Shown: positions 9,435-19,820 of the stretch, in pieces | How the letters are laid out: each line of letters begins with the position of its first letter | Numbering within the stretch: the first letter of the stretch is position 1 | Position numbers and translations under genes: made by a program | DNA from: a virus | Length of the DNA: 64,000 bases | Direction: 5' to 3' (one strand) | Virus record (IMG/VR): IMGVR_UViG_3300025424_000009 | Notes under the pieces: model-generated | The model's database searches: none | Told to the model about the DNA's origin: nothing | What the model saw: the letters and a program-made list of their open reading frames with translations, nothing else

Positions 9435-10349
9435 ATGATGTATCAATTCATAGACGAGGCTTTTTTACTAGAGGCAGGTGCAATAACTCAAGATAGGATA
9501 TCTGATGCTGTCAAGAATAAAAGAGTTGTTACTATAGCTTACAAAGGAGAAGAAGAGGATGAGCCTGGTGTACGTACCATAGAGCCTTCATGCTTCGGTG
9601 AAGATAAGAAAGGCCGAATGGTAATAAGGGCATGGCAAAGGGCAGGTAAATCTGTTACAGGTATAAACCCACCCCCTGTTACTAAAGGGTGGAAGTGGTT
9701 TTTAGTTAGTAGAATAAGTTCATGGAATGAAAGTTCTAATCTAAACTTCACTACCAAACGTCCTAAGTACAATACAAAGGGAGATAAGCATATGTCAAAA
9801 ATATTTGCTATATCTGACTTTGATGGTAAGATTAAGATAAGCCCTTTACCTAAAACTCCTAAGAAACCTACCCCTGTTAAAAAACCTGGTATAGTAGGTA
9901 AGAAAAGTTCTAAAAATCCTAAAGGTACTATTAGTACAACTGTAGTGCCTACAGGCAAGGAGTACAAGTCTAATGAGAAGATGAGAGACCCTCAAGGAAT
10001 GGTTAAAACATTCTTTCCTACCAATACTAAAAAAGTGAAGGTGGCTTTATCTCCAGAGGAGTATAGGGAGATACAAGATCCAGGTAAGTTAAAAGATGCA
10101 GTTAAGCTTATAGCAGACAAGGTAAAGAGTCCAAATAAAGAGGTGTTTATAGATATCTCAGGAATGGATAGTGATAAAATTATAGCCTTCTCGAAGTCAA
10201 AGATAAATGTAATGGAATCCTTGTTAGAGCAAGTAGAATGGTTTTCTTATAATTATGAATTTCCAGTAATATCAAAAAGGTTCATGACTTTAACTGAAAT
10301 ATTAAACTCTGACTTATATGAAGACAACCACGAAGAGCAAGAAGATTAA
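9435..10349 (+). CDS. Stand-alone WYL-domain protein with Lys/Pro-rich linker
   Basis: KRVVTIAY...RTIEPSCFG...VIRAW...WKWFLVSRI matches the WYL core. Start moved from TTG 9420 to ATG 9435, just after a GATATTTATA motif. Confidence 0.7.
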   Translation: MMYQFIDEAFLLEAGAITQDRISDAVKNKRVVTIAYKGEEEDEPGVRTIEPSCFGEDKKGRMVIRAWQRAGKSVTGINPPPVTKGWKWFLVSRISSWNESSNLNFTTKRPKYNTKGDKHMSKIFAISDFDGKIKISPLPKTPKKPTPVKKPGIVGKKSSKNPKGTISTTVVPTGKEYKSNEKMRDPQGMVKTFFPTNTKKVKVALSPEEYREIQDPGKLKDAVKLIADKVKSPNKEVFIDISGMDSDKIIAFSKSKINVMESLLEQVEWFSYNYEFPVISKRFMTLTEILNSDLYEDNHEEQED

Positions 10350-10644
10350 AAGACAAATACCCTTCCTTGTATTCAACGCTTACAACGAAGAACACTTTGA
10401 AACTATTGAAAATGAGTTTACAGTTCAGGACAAGATATACACAGATACCGTAGAGTCTATCAGCCATGCAATAGCAGAGGGATGTAAGACTGCGGAGCTG
10501 TTTAAGCTACAAGATTACTATTCGGTAATTACCCTGTCAAGAAATGACTTTAAATCGGTTTTAGAAAATGCAATGGCATTCTATGCGAAGCATGACAACT
10601 TTGATAAAGCTATAGAGTGTCAAGGTTTAATTCAGTTAATTTAA
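10318..10644 (+). CDS. Hypothetical protein with C-terminal UVR-like (UvrB/UvrC) helix pair
   Basis: LENAMAFYAKHDNFDKAIECQGLI. Confidence 0.55.
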   Translation: MKTTTKSKKIKRQIPFLVFNAYNEEHFETIENEFTVQDKIYTDTVESISHAIAEGCKTAELFKLQDYYSVITLSRNDFKSVLENAMAFYAKHDNFDKAIECQGLIQLI

Positions 10645-10657
10645 AAAATTTATAATT

Positions 10658-11104
10658 ATGATGTTTGATGATGAGGATTTAGATGAATTAGAAGATGACT
10701 TTATTGAACCTGAATTTACCCCTCCAACTGCTGAAAGGGTAAAGACAAGTATCGATAAAATAATAGGAAGGAAGACTACTGTACGTAAATCTAAAAAGAC
10801 TCCGGAAGACAAGAAGCGTGAGAAATTTGTACAACTTATGTTTGATTATGAAAGAGCCTATACACGAGGTGTTCTTACCTCAGAGTTTTTAGATATGGAA
10901 GACTGGGATGATACTTGGATGGATATCATAGATACACTCCTAGAGTTGATATATACACCAGCACAGTTAAATATAATACATTTTTATATATTTGATAGGA
11001 TAGATGATCAAGGTCAAGTAATACCCTATGATTTAGGTTCGGAGAAGTATGTATTCTTAGATACACCCGAAAACCTATATGAGTTATTGAAACAAATAAA
11101 ATAA
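10658..11104 (+). CDS. Hypothetical acidic protein
   Basis: 148 aa, co-oriented, tightly packed. Confidence 0.7.
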   Translation: MMFDDEDLDELEDDFIEPEFTPPTAERVKTSIDKIIGRKTTVRKSKKTPEDKKREKFVQLMFDYERAYTRGVLTSEFLDMEDWDDTWMDIIDTLLELIYTPAQLNIIHFYIFDRIDDQGQVIPYDLGSEKYVFLDTPENLYELLKQIK

Positions 11105-11107
11105 ATT

Positions 11108-11797
11108 ATGGCAGTATCAAAATTAGTTAGAGCGAGAGGTATACATAAAATAAATAGGTCTGATATAGAACGTGGGATGTTACATTGTAATTCCATGGTT
11201 CAACTTGCTGAATACCTTGATATAAAAAGACAATCTCTTAGAGTACATATGGATTCACACCTAGACGAAAATGGTGTATCTCTATATCAGAATTTTTGTA
11301 AAAAGATAAAGGAGCAAGGTAGAGGTCGTAAGAGTAATTTAGATAGAGATTTTATAACTCACCTACTTGAAATAGGATTACTCGGAAATAAAATGCCTCC
11401 GTCCATGGTTAAAGATAAGCTCCTGGACGAGGGTTATTTTGAAAAGAAATGCATGTGTTGTGGGTTTAGTGATTACAGGAAAGAAGATGCCAAGTATCCA
11501 CTCTTAATCAATTTTAAGGATGGTAAAAGATCTTCATGGAAGAGAGAGAACTTAGAGATACTCTGTTATAACTGCTACTACATTAAGGTCGGGGATTTAA
11601 TGTTTAAAGACCAACTAGAAGCTTTGGAATTCTATGGTCAACGTAAAAGAAGAGAAGTTTTTGGTAATGTAAATAGTGAAGCTGTTCTAGACCAAGCTAA
11701 GGCTTACAAGTCTGAGATAGATGCTTTACAACAAGATTATGAGCAAACAGATCAATGGGCTAATGATATTATAGCTTTCAATAAGCTTAAAAAGTAA
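11108..11797 (+). CDS. HNH-like Zn-binding protein
   Basis: CMCC ... INFKDG...W..ENLEILCYNCY; degenerate HNH. Confidence 0.6.
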   Translation: MAVSKLVRARGIHKINRSDIERGMLHCNSMVQLAEYLDIKRQSLRVHMDSHLDENGVSLYQNFCKKIKEQGRGRKSNLDRDFITHLLEIGLLGNKMPPSMVKDKLLDEGYFEKKCMCCGFSDYRKEDAKYPLLINFKDGKRSSWKRENLEILCYNCYYIKVGDLMFKDQLEALEFYGQRKRREVFGNVNSEAVLDQAKAYKSEIDALQQDYEQTDQWANDIIAFNKLKK

Positions 11798-11923
11798 TTT
11801 AAGAAGTGGAGGTTCTGAATGTACATCTTCCTCTAAATTAGGTATCGTTGAAGGTTTTCTAGCCGTAACAACATAGCCTAGCCGGTAACAAGAAACATTG
11901 ACTTTCGAGGAGAGACTCGGCCA

Positions 11924-11996
11924 GAATTCTTAGTTTAACTGAATAGAACGTCCATCTACGGAGTGGTTAGTGAAGGTTTGAATCCTTCAGAGTTCA
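11924..11996 (+). tRNA. tRNA-Arg (anticodon ACG), CCA not encoded
   Basis: Acceptor GAATTCT/AGAGTTC, D stem GTTT/GAAC, anticodon loop CT-ACG-GA, T arm GAAGG-TTTGAAT-CCTTC. Confidence 0.85.
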
Positions 11997-12017
11997 CGAA
12001 AAATAAAATAATCAATT

Positions 12018-12314
12018 ATGAGGTTACCTTTCAACATTGAAGAGTTACTAGACGAAGTAGAGGAAAAGTTAGATGGCAGTCGTTTGCCATGGAGATTAAC
12101 TTCTGCTGTTGAAGATTATGTATCTGAATTAGAGTCAACCATTGAACAACTGGAAGATGAAATAGAGAATTTAGAATCTCCACACAAACTGCTTGTAGAT
12201 GAATTAAAAGAAGAATGGTGGCATGAGGTTAAACAAAAGTTTACATTACCTCAACTAGAATCTATTTTTGGAACAAGATTTAATTTGAAAAGTTATGATC
12301 AAATCATTAATTAA
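12018..12314 (+). CDS. Hypothetical coiled-coil acidic protein
   Basis: 98 aa ORF immediately after the tRNA. Confidence 0.7.
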   Translation: MRLPFNIEELLDEVEEKLDGSRLPWRLTSAVEDYVSELESTIEQLEDEIENLESPHKLLVDELKEEWWHEVKQKFTLPQLESIFGTRFNLKSYDQIIN

Positions 12315-12329
12315 CTAATAATTACAAAC

Positions 12330-13667
12330 TTGAAATTACAAGACTTAGTAGAAAAGTTTATCAAGAACCCTTCCGAAATGAGAAGGGGTGCAGGATTTAT
12401 GTCAAAGCGTTATAAGATGTCTACAGATGATATAAAAAAAGCAAGAGAGCTAGCTAAGAGTAGTCTAGAGAGTGCAGACTTCTATCAGACGGTTGATATA
12501 CCTACCACAGAGAATACTCTAACTACTTCAGGTACTACAGAAGATGTTGCAATAACAGAGCTTGGTAAACCTAAACTAGTAAAAGAAAAGGTATCTGAAA
12601 ACGGAGATAGAGATTTGGAAATTCTATCAGATAAACCTCTTAGTAGAGAGGAGATTGAAAAAGAATTTCATATAGACAATATCTCCACTACCTTATCTAA
12701 CTACTGGAATAAAGCTACACCTAGTGGTAGGTACCTAGTAAGTGCCTTTATAAAGTGTCATCATAATAACTTCCATTCAGAAGAACAATTAAGAGAGAAG
12801 TTAAAGTCAATGTTGATTGACACTGAGCCTACCTTAGTAAAGAAAGCTGTCAGCCCTTCTGAAAAGATATGTATCGTTTACTTATCTGACGAGCATGTAG
12901 GGGCTTTAAATCATGTAGATGATGTACATGGTAACTTCTATTCCTCGGATATATACATAGGAAGATTAGAGCAAGTGGTGCAAGAGGTATTAGATTTGGA
13001 ATCCACCTATGAGAAGTTATACATTATTAATCTAGGAGATGAGGCTGATAGCCAGCTTGATAAGATGACTACTAGGAAAGGTCATGTATTACCTTCAGAG
13101 AGTGGTAAAGTTCAGTTTGACATATACATAAAAGGACGTAGGATGCTATTTGAATCTATCTTCTCTTCTGGAGTATCTGCTGAGTACGAAGTTATAAATT
13201 GTAATAACAGTAATCATAGTGGTAATGATCTTAGTTACATATGGAATAGAGCAGTAGAGATATGGCTTGAAGCAAGGTTTCCTGAAGTGATAGTAAAGAA
13301 CGTTACTAAGTATATTGATTGTTTTGAATATGGCAAGCATGTAGTAGCTTTTGCACATGGCAAGGATGATAAGGATATGGGTAAGAATTGGCCTTTACAA
13401 ATTAATACTAATGTTGATGGGTGGATTATGCAATGGTTTGATAGAAAAGGTTACAGCTCTTCTAGAAATTGGCTACATGTAAGGAAGGGAGATTTACACA
13501 GTCTCAATGTAAGTATGGGGAAATTTGGAGATTATATTTCTATGCCTTCAGTTTATGGAAGCTCTTCATGGATTGGCCTGAACTTTGGGCTAGGTAGGCC
13601 TGGAGCTTATATAGAAGTGTTATCAAAGAAATCTCCATCTGTTACTAATAAATTTATTTGGTTTTAA
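12330..13667 (+). CDS. Calcineurin-like metallophosphoesterase with long N-terminal extension (TTG start)
   Basis: Metal-binding motifs SDEHVG, NLGDEAD, NSNHSG, FAHG and GDLHS. Confidence 0.8.
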   Translation: MKLQDLVEKFIKNPSEMRRGAGFMSKRYKMSTDDIKKARELAKSSLESADFYQTVDIPTTENTLTTSGTTEDVAITELGKPKLVKEKVSENGDRDLEILSDKPLSREEIEKEFHIDNISTTLSNYWNKATPSGRYLVSAFIKCHHNNFHSEEQLREKLKSMLIDTEPTLVKKAVSPSEKICIVYLSDEHVGALNHVDDVHGNFYSSDIYIGRLEQVVQEVLDLESTYEKLYIINLGDEADSQLDKMTTRKGHVLPSESGKVQFDIYIKGRRMLFESIFSSGVSAEYEVINCNNSNHSGNDLSYIWNRAVEIWLEARFPEVIVKNVTKYIDCFEYGKHVVAFAHGKDDKDMGKNWPLQINTNVDGWIMQWFDRKGYSSSRNWLHVRKGDLHSLNVSMGKFGDYISMPSVYGSSSWIGLNFGLGRPGAYIEVLSKKSPSVTNKFIWF

Positions 13668-13952
13668 ATAGTAGTGAAATAAAAAAATCCCATCAACCCT
13701 TTTACCTCTAAACAAAATCTCTCTCATAATTATATATTTTCTATTTCTTTTTTAACTTTTAAGTAATCTTCAATCTCGTACCATATGTTATCATTGTCAT
13801 CAATATTATTAAATTCATCCTCATACAACCCTTCTAAAATTAAATCTACCTCTTCTAAAGACTTTTCCTTTGCTTCCCTTGTACGCTCTTTAATAGAGTT
13901 AGGGTGAGTATAGTTTAAGTAATGCTTAGTAAATATTTTTGAAGCTTCAAAT

Positions 13953-14519
13953 TTATGATTCATTATTTTCTAATTTATAAGTCGTTCTAACTCCACCTGG
14001 TTCCCAGCTACAAGGTGGTAGTGTTTCTATAACCTTGTTCAAATTATCTAATGCTTCTTGGAGTTCTTTAGGTAATTCACCATCACCGTCCTCCGGCATT
14101 CTATCACTCCAATATTCCGGTTCAACCTTATCATAATGTAAGGGATCACAGAAGAGTAAATCTAATTTAGTTAATTCATTCTCATCCATGTACTCAATGA
14201 TATCTTCCTCATCGAAGAAATACCGGTCACCGAAAGCCTCTATCACAGGAGATCCATCATACTCCTTGAAAGGCATCCTCAAGTAATTAGCTTGGGCAGT
14301 TTTATTTCTACAATCCTTACAGGTGAGATAAAATTTGTTGTCGGTGAGGTTACCACAATTTTTACACTTAATATGAGTGCAGCTATCATATCTTGCCATG
14401 TGTTCTGCACTATCACCTCTACTATAAAATTTGCCGTTAGTACTTAGCCACCCTTTTGCATTTGTGATGTAAGTAGCCGCTTCAGGGCTATCATACAGTA
14501 TTACTTTTTCATTTTTCAT
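13953..14519 (-). CDS. Conserved phage protein with Zn finger
   Basis: CTHIKCKNCG...CKDC motif. Confidence 0.7.
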   Translation of the reverse strand: MKNEKVILYDSPEAATYITNAKGWLSTNGKFYSRGDSAEHMARYDSCTHIKCKNCGNLTDNKFYLTCKDCRNKTAQANYLRMPFKEYDGSPVIEAFGDRYFFDEEDIIEYMDENELTKLDLLFCDPLHYDKVEPEYWSDRMPEDGDGELPKELQEALDNLNKVIETLPPCSWEPGGVRTTYKLENNES

Positions 14520-17227
14520 AATCTTCTATTTTAGCATTTAATAAATAAAACATTTCCCCATTAAACATAATATCTTCGACCTCTGCCGAAAAGCAAGCAT
14601 CATCCAATTCTACACAATAAGATTCACCCTCATCTGTATAATGAAGAACTTCTGTTTCGCCTGTTTTGTCACTAATGAAATGTCCTTGATCCATACTTTC
14701 ACATTCACTATCTGAGAAGTTATACCTTTGGACTCTTGAAAATGAATATGCCTTGTCAAGCTGACTAAATATAGCCCAAGCTTTCTCCATAAATTCATTC
14801 TTGGTTATAGTAGGCTGATCTTCTGTACTGAAGTCAGTACCAAACAGTTCATCAAAATTCATATACTAATTTTTTACTTTCTAAGTTTTATACCTTTACC
14901 TGGAATTAAGTTATCCTCTTTTAATTCAATCAATTTAACACAATCTTCGTAGGAACCTTTAATATCAATTTTTAATAGTTGAGGTACACTGTTATAATTA
15001 TCACGGTTAATTGTTATGATATTATTCATATTAATTGCTGAGATAATTTGAAATAAATTTTTCTCAACATCCGGAAGACTTCTATTCAAAAAATTAACCA
15101 AAGCCCCGGTAGTATCAATATAAATCATGCCCCTTATATCATTACTGCCTGCACTAGCCATTAATCTTTTAAAGATTGCATCACTTCCTGATGTATAAAC
15201 TGAATATGTTATAAGGATATTATCTGGGTTGAATATAATCTCAGCTAGTTCATCCCTATCCATTAGATTAAATTGATAGTGAATAACCATATTATTTATT
15301 TGTTCATCACTCAGATGTAGACTATTTTCTAGAAAGAAAATTCCATAGTCAATACAATCTTTACTAGCAGGACATTCATAATCTTTTTCTAAAAATACAA
15401 GTTGTTTGTTTTTAAATAAATATTTCATAATTACATTTCTTTTAAGTGTTTCAAAATTTGTTTAAATGTATTATATTTATTATATAGGGGGATTTCATTA
15501 CGTTTAATCATCCATTCAATCTCGCCTATTATTGCCTCTACTTCTGTTATGGCGCATTGGATAGCAAATACATGAAACCCTCTTATCTGTTTATACTTCT
15601 CCACTATCTCATTTGCTGCTTTTATTATTTCTTCGTTTGTCATTTTTTACGATTTATGTATTTTAAATATTCTTGTTCTGTGGCAGGGAGTGTATCTTTA
15701 AGGTAAGATATAAAGCCTGTATATACATCAGCAAATGATATTTGCATTAATTCATTAAATCCCCAGTATTTAACTTTAAGAATATAAATACGACCATTAT
15801 GGGTATAATGTATATAATTAGGCATATCCTCCACTTTTCTTTTTTCCCACCAAAATAAAGGTTTAAATATTGCAGGGTATTTTTCAAATGGCTTTAACCC
15901 TAATTCTACTATTTCCCCTATATTCCAAGTGCTGCCTGGATAATCTGCAATAACCTCATATCGAGGTTTTAAAAGTTCTTCGTTTGTCATAATGTGTTAT
16001 TTTAAATAAGGATTAATATTTATCAATATCTGATTCTTTGTAATTATTTAATAAATTAAAACGTTTACCATTTAATAATCTCTTATTTATTTCACCTTTT
16101 TTATTTACCTTGCAGCAAATATAAGTTGGCATCCAACAACCACTTCTCAAAGTGTAACCATAATAAGAATGTATTTTCATTTTTGTTTTATTTACAATAA
16201 CTAAATCGCCAATATTGTATTTATAAGTAGGGTATTCCTTTGGCAAATTGTCAAAACAATTATTCCCCTGTGTTTTATTTGATACTACTTCCATCATCTT
16301 AAAAATTATAAGGATTAAATTCCCCCAACCCTCTAGGGTCAATGCTTTTTATCTCATCAGGGAATAAATTTATTCTACGTGAGAAACAATAAAGGAATAG
16401 GGATAATTGATTTTCAACATCGTAATATACTTCTGTACCATAATGATATATTAAAAATGAATTACATTCGTAATAAAATTCAAACCTTAAAAAATGCAAC
16501 CTATCACTTATTAATTCAGTGTCACTATGTTCATCTATTAACCCCTCTATCTTTGCCAATTCTACTAAAGGTATTTCTTCTTTACCTTCATGTATTATTG
16601 TTTCTGTTAAGGCTGATAGTGGGTAGAGTAATGGTTTATCTACAGATTGAATTGTATTTATATTAGAACTGTTTAAATCTTTTATATTACCACTTATTGG
16701 TAATTGTACCTTAACCCCACTATGTAAATAATGTATTAATTTATTGCTCATTTTTATTTTTTCAGTTACAATATTATGTAAGTTTTAATTATTTCCATAT
16801 TTTTTACAATGATTATTATTTCTTCTACTAATTCTTGCCTTATAAATTCTATTCATTTTATGTGAATGGTCATTATTACTAACATTAATATTCAAATATA
16901 ACTCAATACTTTTCTCAGATTCAGTTTTTAGTTTTTTAGAAAGTTTCCAACTATCTATTAAAGACAAAGGTTTTTCTTTAACAGTGTCGTTGAATAATGT
17001 TATTAAATCTGTTTCAATTCTTCTAAAAATATTAATTATTTCAAAATCATCATTAAGATGTACTTCACAATATGGAAACCCATCATCTAATTGGTCAATC
17101 ATAACTAACTTATCTCCTACAATATAATCTTTACTTATTACCAGTTGTTCATGATAACTTTTTAAATTATTACAAATAGATAATATTGTTGTTAATTGTT
17201 TTTTATTCATTTTTTTCTATTTTTTAT

Positions 17228-17470
17228 TTATTTTATATTATCTAATGGATAAGCTGTTAGTATAGAATCTTTATCTATTTCATAAGTAGTGAATCCTACA
17301 GGGTCATCAGATTCCCAATCATTATTTCCCCAACCCTCATCTATTTTAGCTTTTTTACTGGCTTGTTTTAAAGCTTCTTTTACATGATATTTAGCAAATT
17401 CTATGAGTATTATTTCTGGATAATATGAAAATAATAAGCTATTTTTACCTATAAATTCTTTTACTGTCAT
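17228..17470 (-). CDS. Hypothetical protein, paralog of 34810-35052
   Basis: Shared IEFAK.HV..AL..AS and IDKDSILTAYP..NIK. Confidence 0.75.
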   Translation of the reverse strand: MTVKEFIGKNSLLFSYYPEIILIEFAKYHVKEALKQASKKAKIDEGWGNNDWESDDPVGFTTYEIDKDSILTAYPLDNIK

Positions 17471-17474
17471 TTTA

Positions 17475-17849
17475 TTAGTTTAATATTTTTAAATAAATGT
17501 TATCAGGATAATCTCCTCCAAACACAAACTTTGTAACTGGACATAGCCATATCTGAAACCCATCAGATACTCTATGATAATAACCTCCTATCTCGATAGG
17601 ATGATTGTAATCCATCAGTTCATCAGGATCCATACCTAACTCGTCCATTTTAAAGTGGTGTTCATAACCTTCAAAAGGTTCATCTGAAAATTCAAGCAGT
17701 ACTTCAATTCCGTCATCAGATAATTCATCTAACATTAAGTCTGCACCGGCAACCATCTGTAGGTTTGCTTTAGTACCCAATCCTAATTCAAGAAAGACAG
17801 GGAGGTCAATAAACCATCCCTGCTCATCTTTATAAAATCTATGTATCAT
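17475..17849 (-). CDS. Conserved phage protein (DUF6717-like)
   Basis: FYK...GWFIDLP, L.MVAGAD..LD.LS, IWLCPVT.FVFG.YP pattern. Confidence 0.55.
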   Translation of the reverse strand: MIHRFYKDEQGWFIDLPVFLELGLGTKANLQMVAGADLMLDELSDDGIEVLLEFSDEPFEGYEHHFKMDELGMDPDELMDYNHPIEIGGYYHRVSDGFQIWLCPVTKFVFGGDYPDNIYLKILN

Positions 17850-17858
17850 AAGTTATTA

Positions 17859-18794
17859 CTATTTTGCAGTGATTTCAAACTTAGTACCTGACTCTAACTT
17901 AACCCCTTCTATATCTACTGTATCTACATTATTACAAGTTTTAGGTGATTCTAAACAAACTACTATTTTATCATACACCCTCATTAAGTGTTTACCTTGA
18001 AGTACCCCATTTGTTACTTTCATTATCTCACCAATTTTTAAATCTTTGGCTTGGAATTTAACTATGGGTTCTTTAAAGAATTGAAGTAATAATTCTGTTT
18101 GTTCTGAATTTGCTTCTGCAAATGCTTGTCTTAAAATAATTTCATCTACTTCAATCATACTTGAAAATGGATTCTTAGATAACTCAATGTCTATTCTACC
18201 TTTCCATGCAAGACACACTTCTTTATAAATTTTTCCTAAGTTTTCTCTTGAGATTGTTTGTGTTGCCATTTTACTTTTATTTTTATTTATTAAATCTTTG
18301 AAATTTAGAATAGTATATTTTAAATTTATATAAGACTGTTCAGTACCATATGTACCATTCTTTACATCATAACATATAGCTTTGCCTATGTAAGGTTTGT
18401 ATTTCCTATAACTTGTATCATCACACCATGTGTAACCTAAGTCATCTAGTATATTTGTGAATTGATTTACTTCATCCTCATTTTCACATTTAATCGCGGT
18501 CTTATCTCTTTCAAATATTTCTCTCCAATTCACTTCATCTTCTTTAATTAACTGGTCGATGGTGTATACATTTCTAATACCTTTTATTAGTAAACTTTGC
18601 ATATTACGACATCCTCCATAATATCCTGGATTATCTAAACTACGTGTGTAATAATATACAAATAAACCATCTGATATCGCATTTTGTTCATTACACTCTT
18701 GGAAGAAATCGTTTATTTCTTTTGATTTACTATCTTGCCATATAATAGCTACCTTCTTATCTAAGAAGTCTTGTTTTGTGAACCCTTCTTTCAT
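17859..18794 (-). CDS. Modular hypothetical protein carrying an I.CE.EDE...LGY.WCD domain
   Basis: Domain shared with the C-terminal part of 51271-51843. Confidence 0.7.
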   Translation of the reverse strand: MKEGFTKQDFLDKKVAIIWQDSKSKEINDFFQECNEQNAISDGLFVYYYTRSLDNPGYYGGCRNMQSLLIKGIRNVYTIDQLIKEDEVNWREIFERDKTAIKCENEDEVNQFTNILDDLGYTWCDDTSYRKYKPYIGKAICYDVKNGTYGTEQSYINLKYTILNFKDLINKNKSKMATQTISRENLGKIYKEVCLAWKGRIDIELSKNPFSSMIEVDEIILRQAFAEANSEQTELLLQFFKEPIVKFQAKDLKIGEIMKVTNGVLQGKHLMRVYDKIVVCLESPKTCNNVDTVDIEGVKLESGTKFEITAK

Positions 18795-19321
18795 TGTTTA
18801 ATATTTAATATTTAATACGTTTTCTTTAAATTCCTGCAAATCTAATCTATCTGTCAATACAAATTTACCTAATCTAAAAGCTCCTGTTTCATTTAGCAAT
18901 TCCCTTATATTCTTTTCACTCTTCCTATTGATGGAGTGTGTATGTTTCATATCGTGGATATAAATTCCGTAGGAGTTAAGTAGATTATTTAAAGCTATTG
19001 ACATATTCATATCAACTTCCTTTACCTGAAACATCCTCTCTACACTATTGGTATTAAAAGACCACCTACCTTTATAAGGCCATGAGTAGCTGTATTTAGA
19101 CCAAATCATATTCACCTTAACTTTACAACTGTAGGTTCTATGACCTCCACTGTATATGTCATGGACCTTGCACCTACCGTAATACCCATTATCATCTAGA
19201 AGACTCTGTAACTGCATGACAGACCTTGGATTGTGCTTAGTGACTAGATCTGAGATAGATATACTAAACTGGTCATTGTATATAATTTCTTCAGGCTCAT
19301 TATGTATTATACCTAGATAAC

Positions 19322-19702
19322 TCATAGTAAATGTGATTTAGAGATTAATAATTGTTTACAGTTCTTCATCACTCGACAATAGTACTTTACTCTATTAATC
19401 TCTTCACTAGATATCTTATAGCCTCTACTCACCACTACCTTTAAAACCTTTTGTACAGACTGTACTGATAAGTCTACATACTCATCTAAGCTCTTGTATC
19501 CTTTCCTATAATTACATAGGACACAGGAGAATACCCACATGTCTGGCTTACAGAAGGAACCACCTTTTGATTTAGGTATAATATGATCCCTAGTAATATT
19601 CTCAAAGGGTACCTTACTCTTACAGTACTCACAACATTCACCTCTCTTTTTATACTCACTCTCTAACCCAGGGTTAGGTTTTCTTTTTATTGATGCTATC
19701 AA
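19322..19702 (-). CDS. HNH endonuclease (possibly frameshifted at the 5' end)
   Basis: CEYC...TRDHIIPKSKGG...VFSCVLCNYRKG. Confidence 0.85.
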   Translation of the reverse strand: MIASIKRKPNPGLESEYKKRGECCEYCKSKVPFENITRDHIIPKSKGGSFCKPDMWVFSCVLCNYRKGYKSLDEYVDLSVQSVQKVLKVVVSRGYKISSEEINRVKYYCRVMKNCKQLLISKSHLL

Positions 19703-19784
19703 TTTTTGTTACTTTAAATTCCTGCATAACTTTTTTGCTTTATTAGGTGAATACATCATCTTTTAAATACCGACCATTTTTACC

Positions 19785-19820
19785 TACAACTTAACCTTTT
19801 CACGAAAGACAAGGGTGTTA
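19785..19820 (-). repeat. Dispersed post-stop motif TAACACnCTTGTCTTTCG, copy 1
   Basis: Related copies at about 29907, 38810, 41898 and 46617; degenerate copy at 35894. Confidence 0.7.

Larger units (their letters stand above)
13730..19325 (-). other. Array of about 16 tightly packed small hypothetical ORFs (13730, 13953, 14509, 14874, 15431, 15640, 16013, 16299, 16785, 17228, 17475, 17859, 18798 and others)
   Basis: Co-oriented ORFs with overlapping or adjacent stop-start junctions; no recognisable enzymes. Confidence 0.75.

Noticed and set aside
9539-9967. 142-aa minus-strand ORF, and similar antisense ORFs at 1376, 2617, 3911, 4293, 5085 and 13146
   Set aside because: Fully overlap better-supported + strand genes and show no protein motifs
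15468-15490. TATTTATTATATAGGG promoter-like motif
   Set aside because: Lies antisense inside a coding region with no downstream + strand gene; shows the motif can arise by chance
19727-19820. Integron-like cassette array (TAAC after stops, GTTATG before starts)
   Set aside because: Most spacers are only 3-20 nt, far shorter than attC sites; no R/L box inverted-repeat structure and no integrase seen
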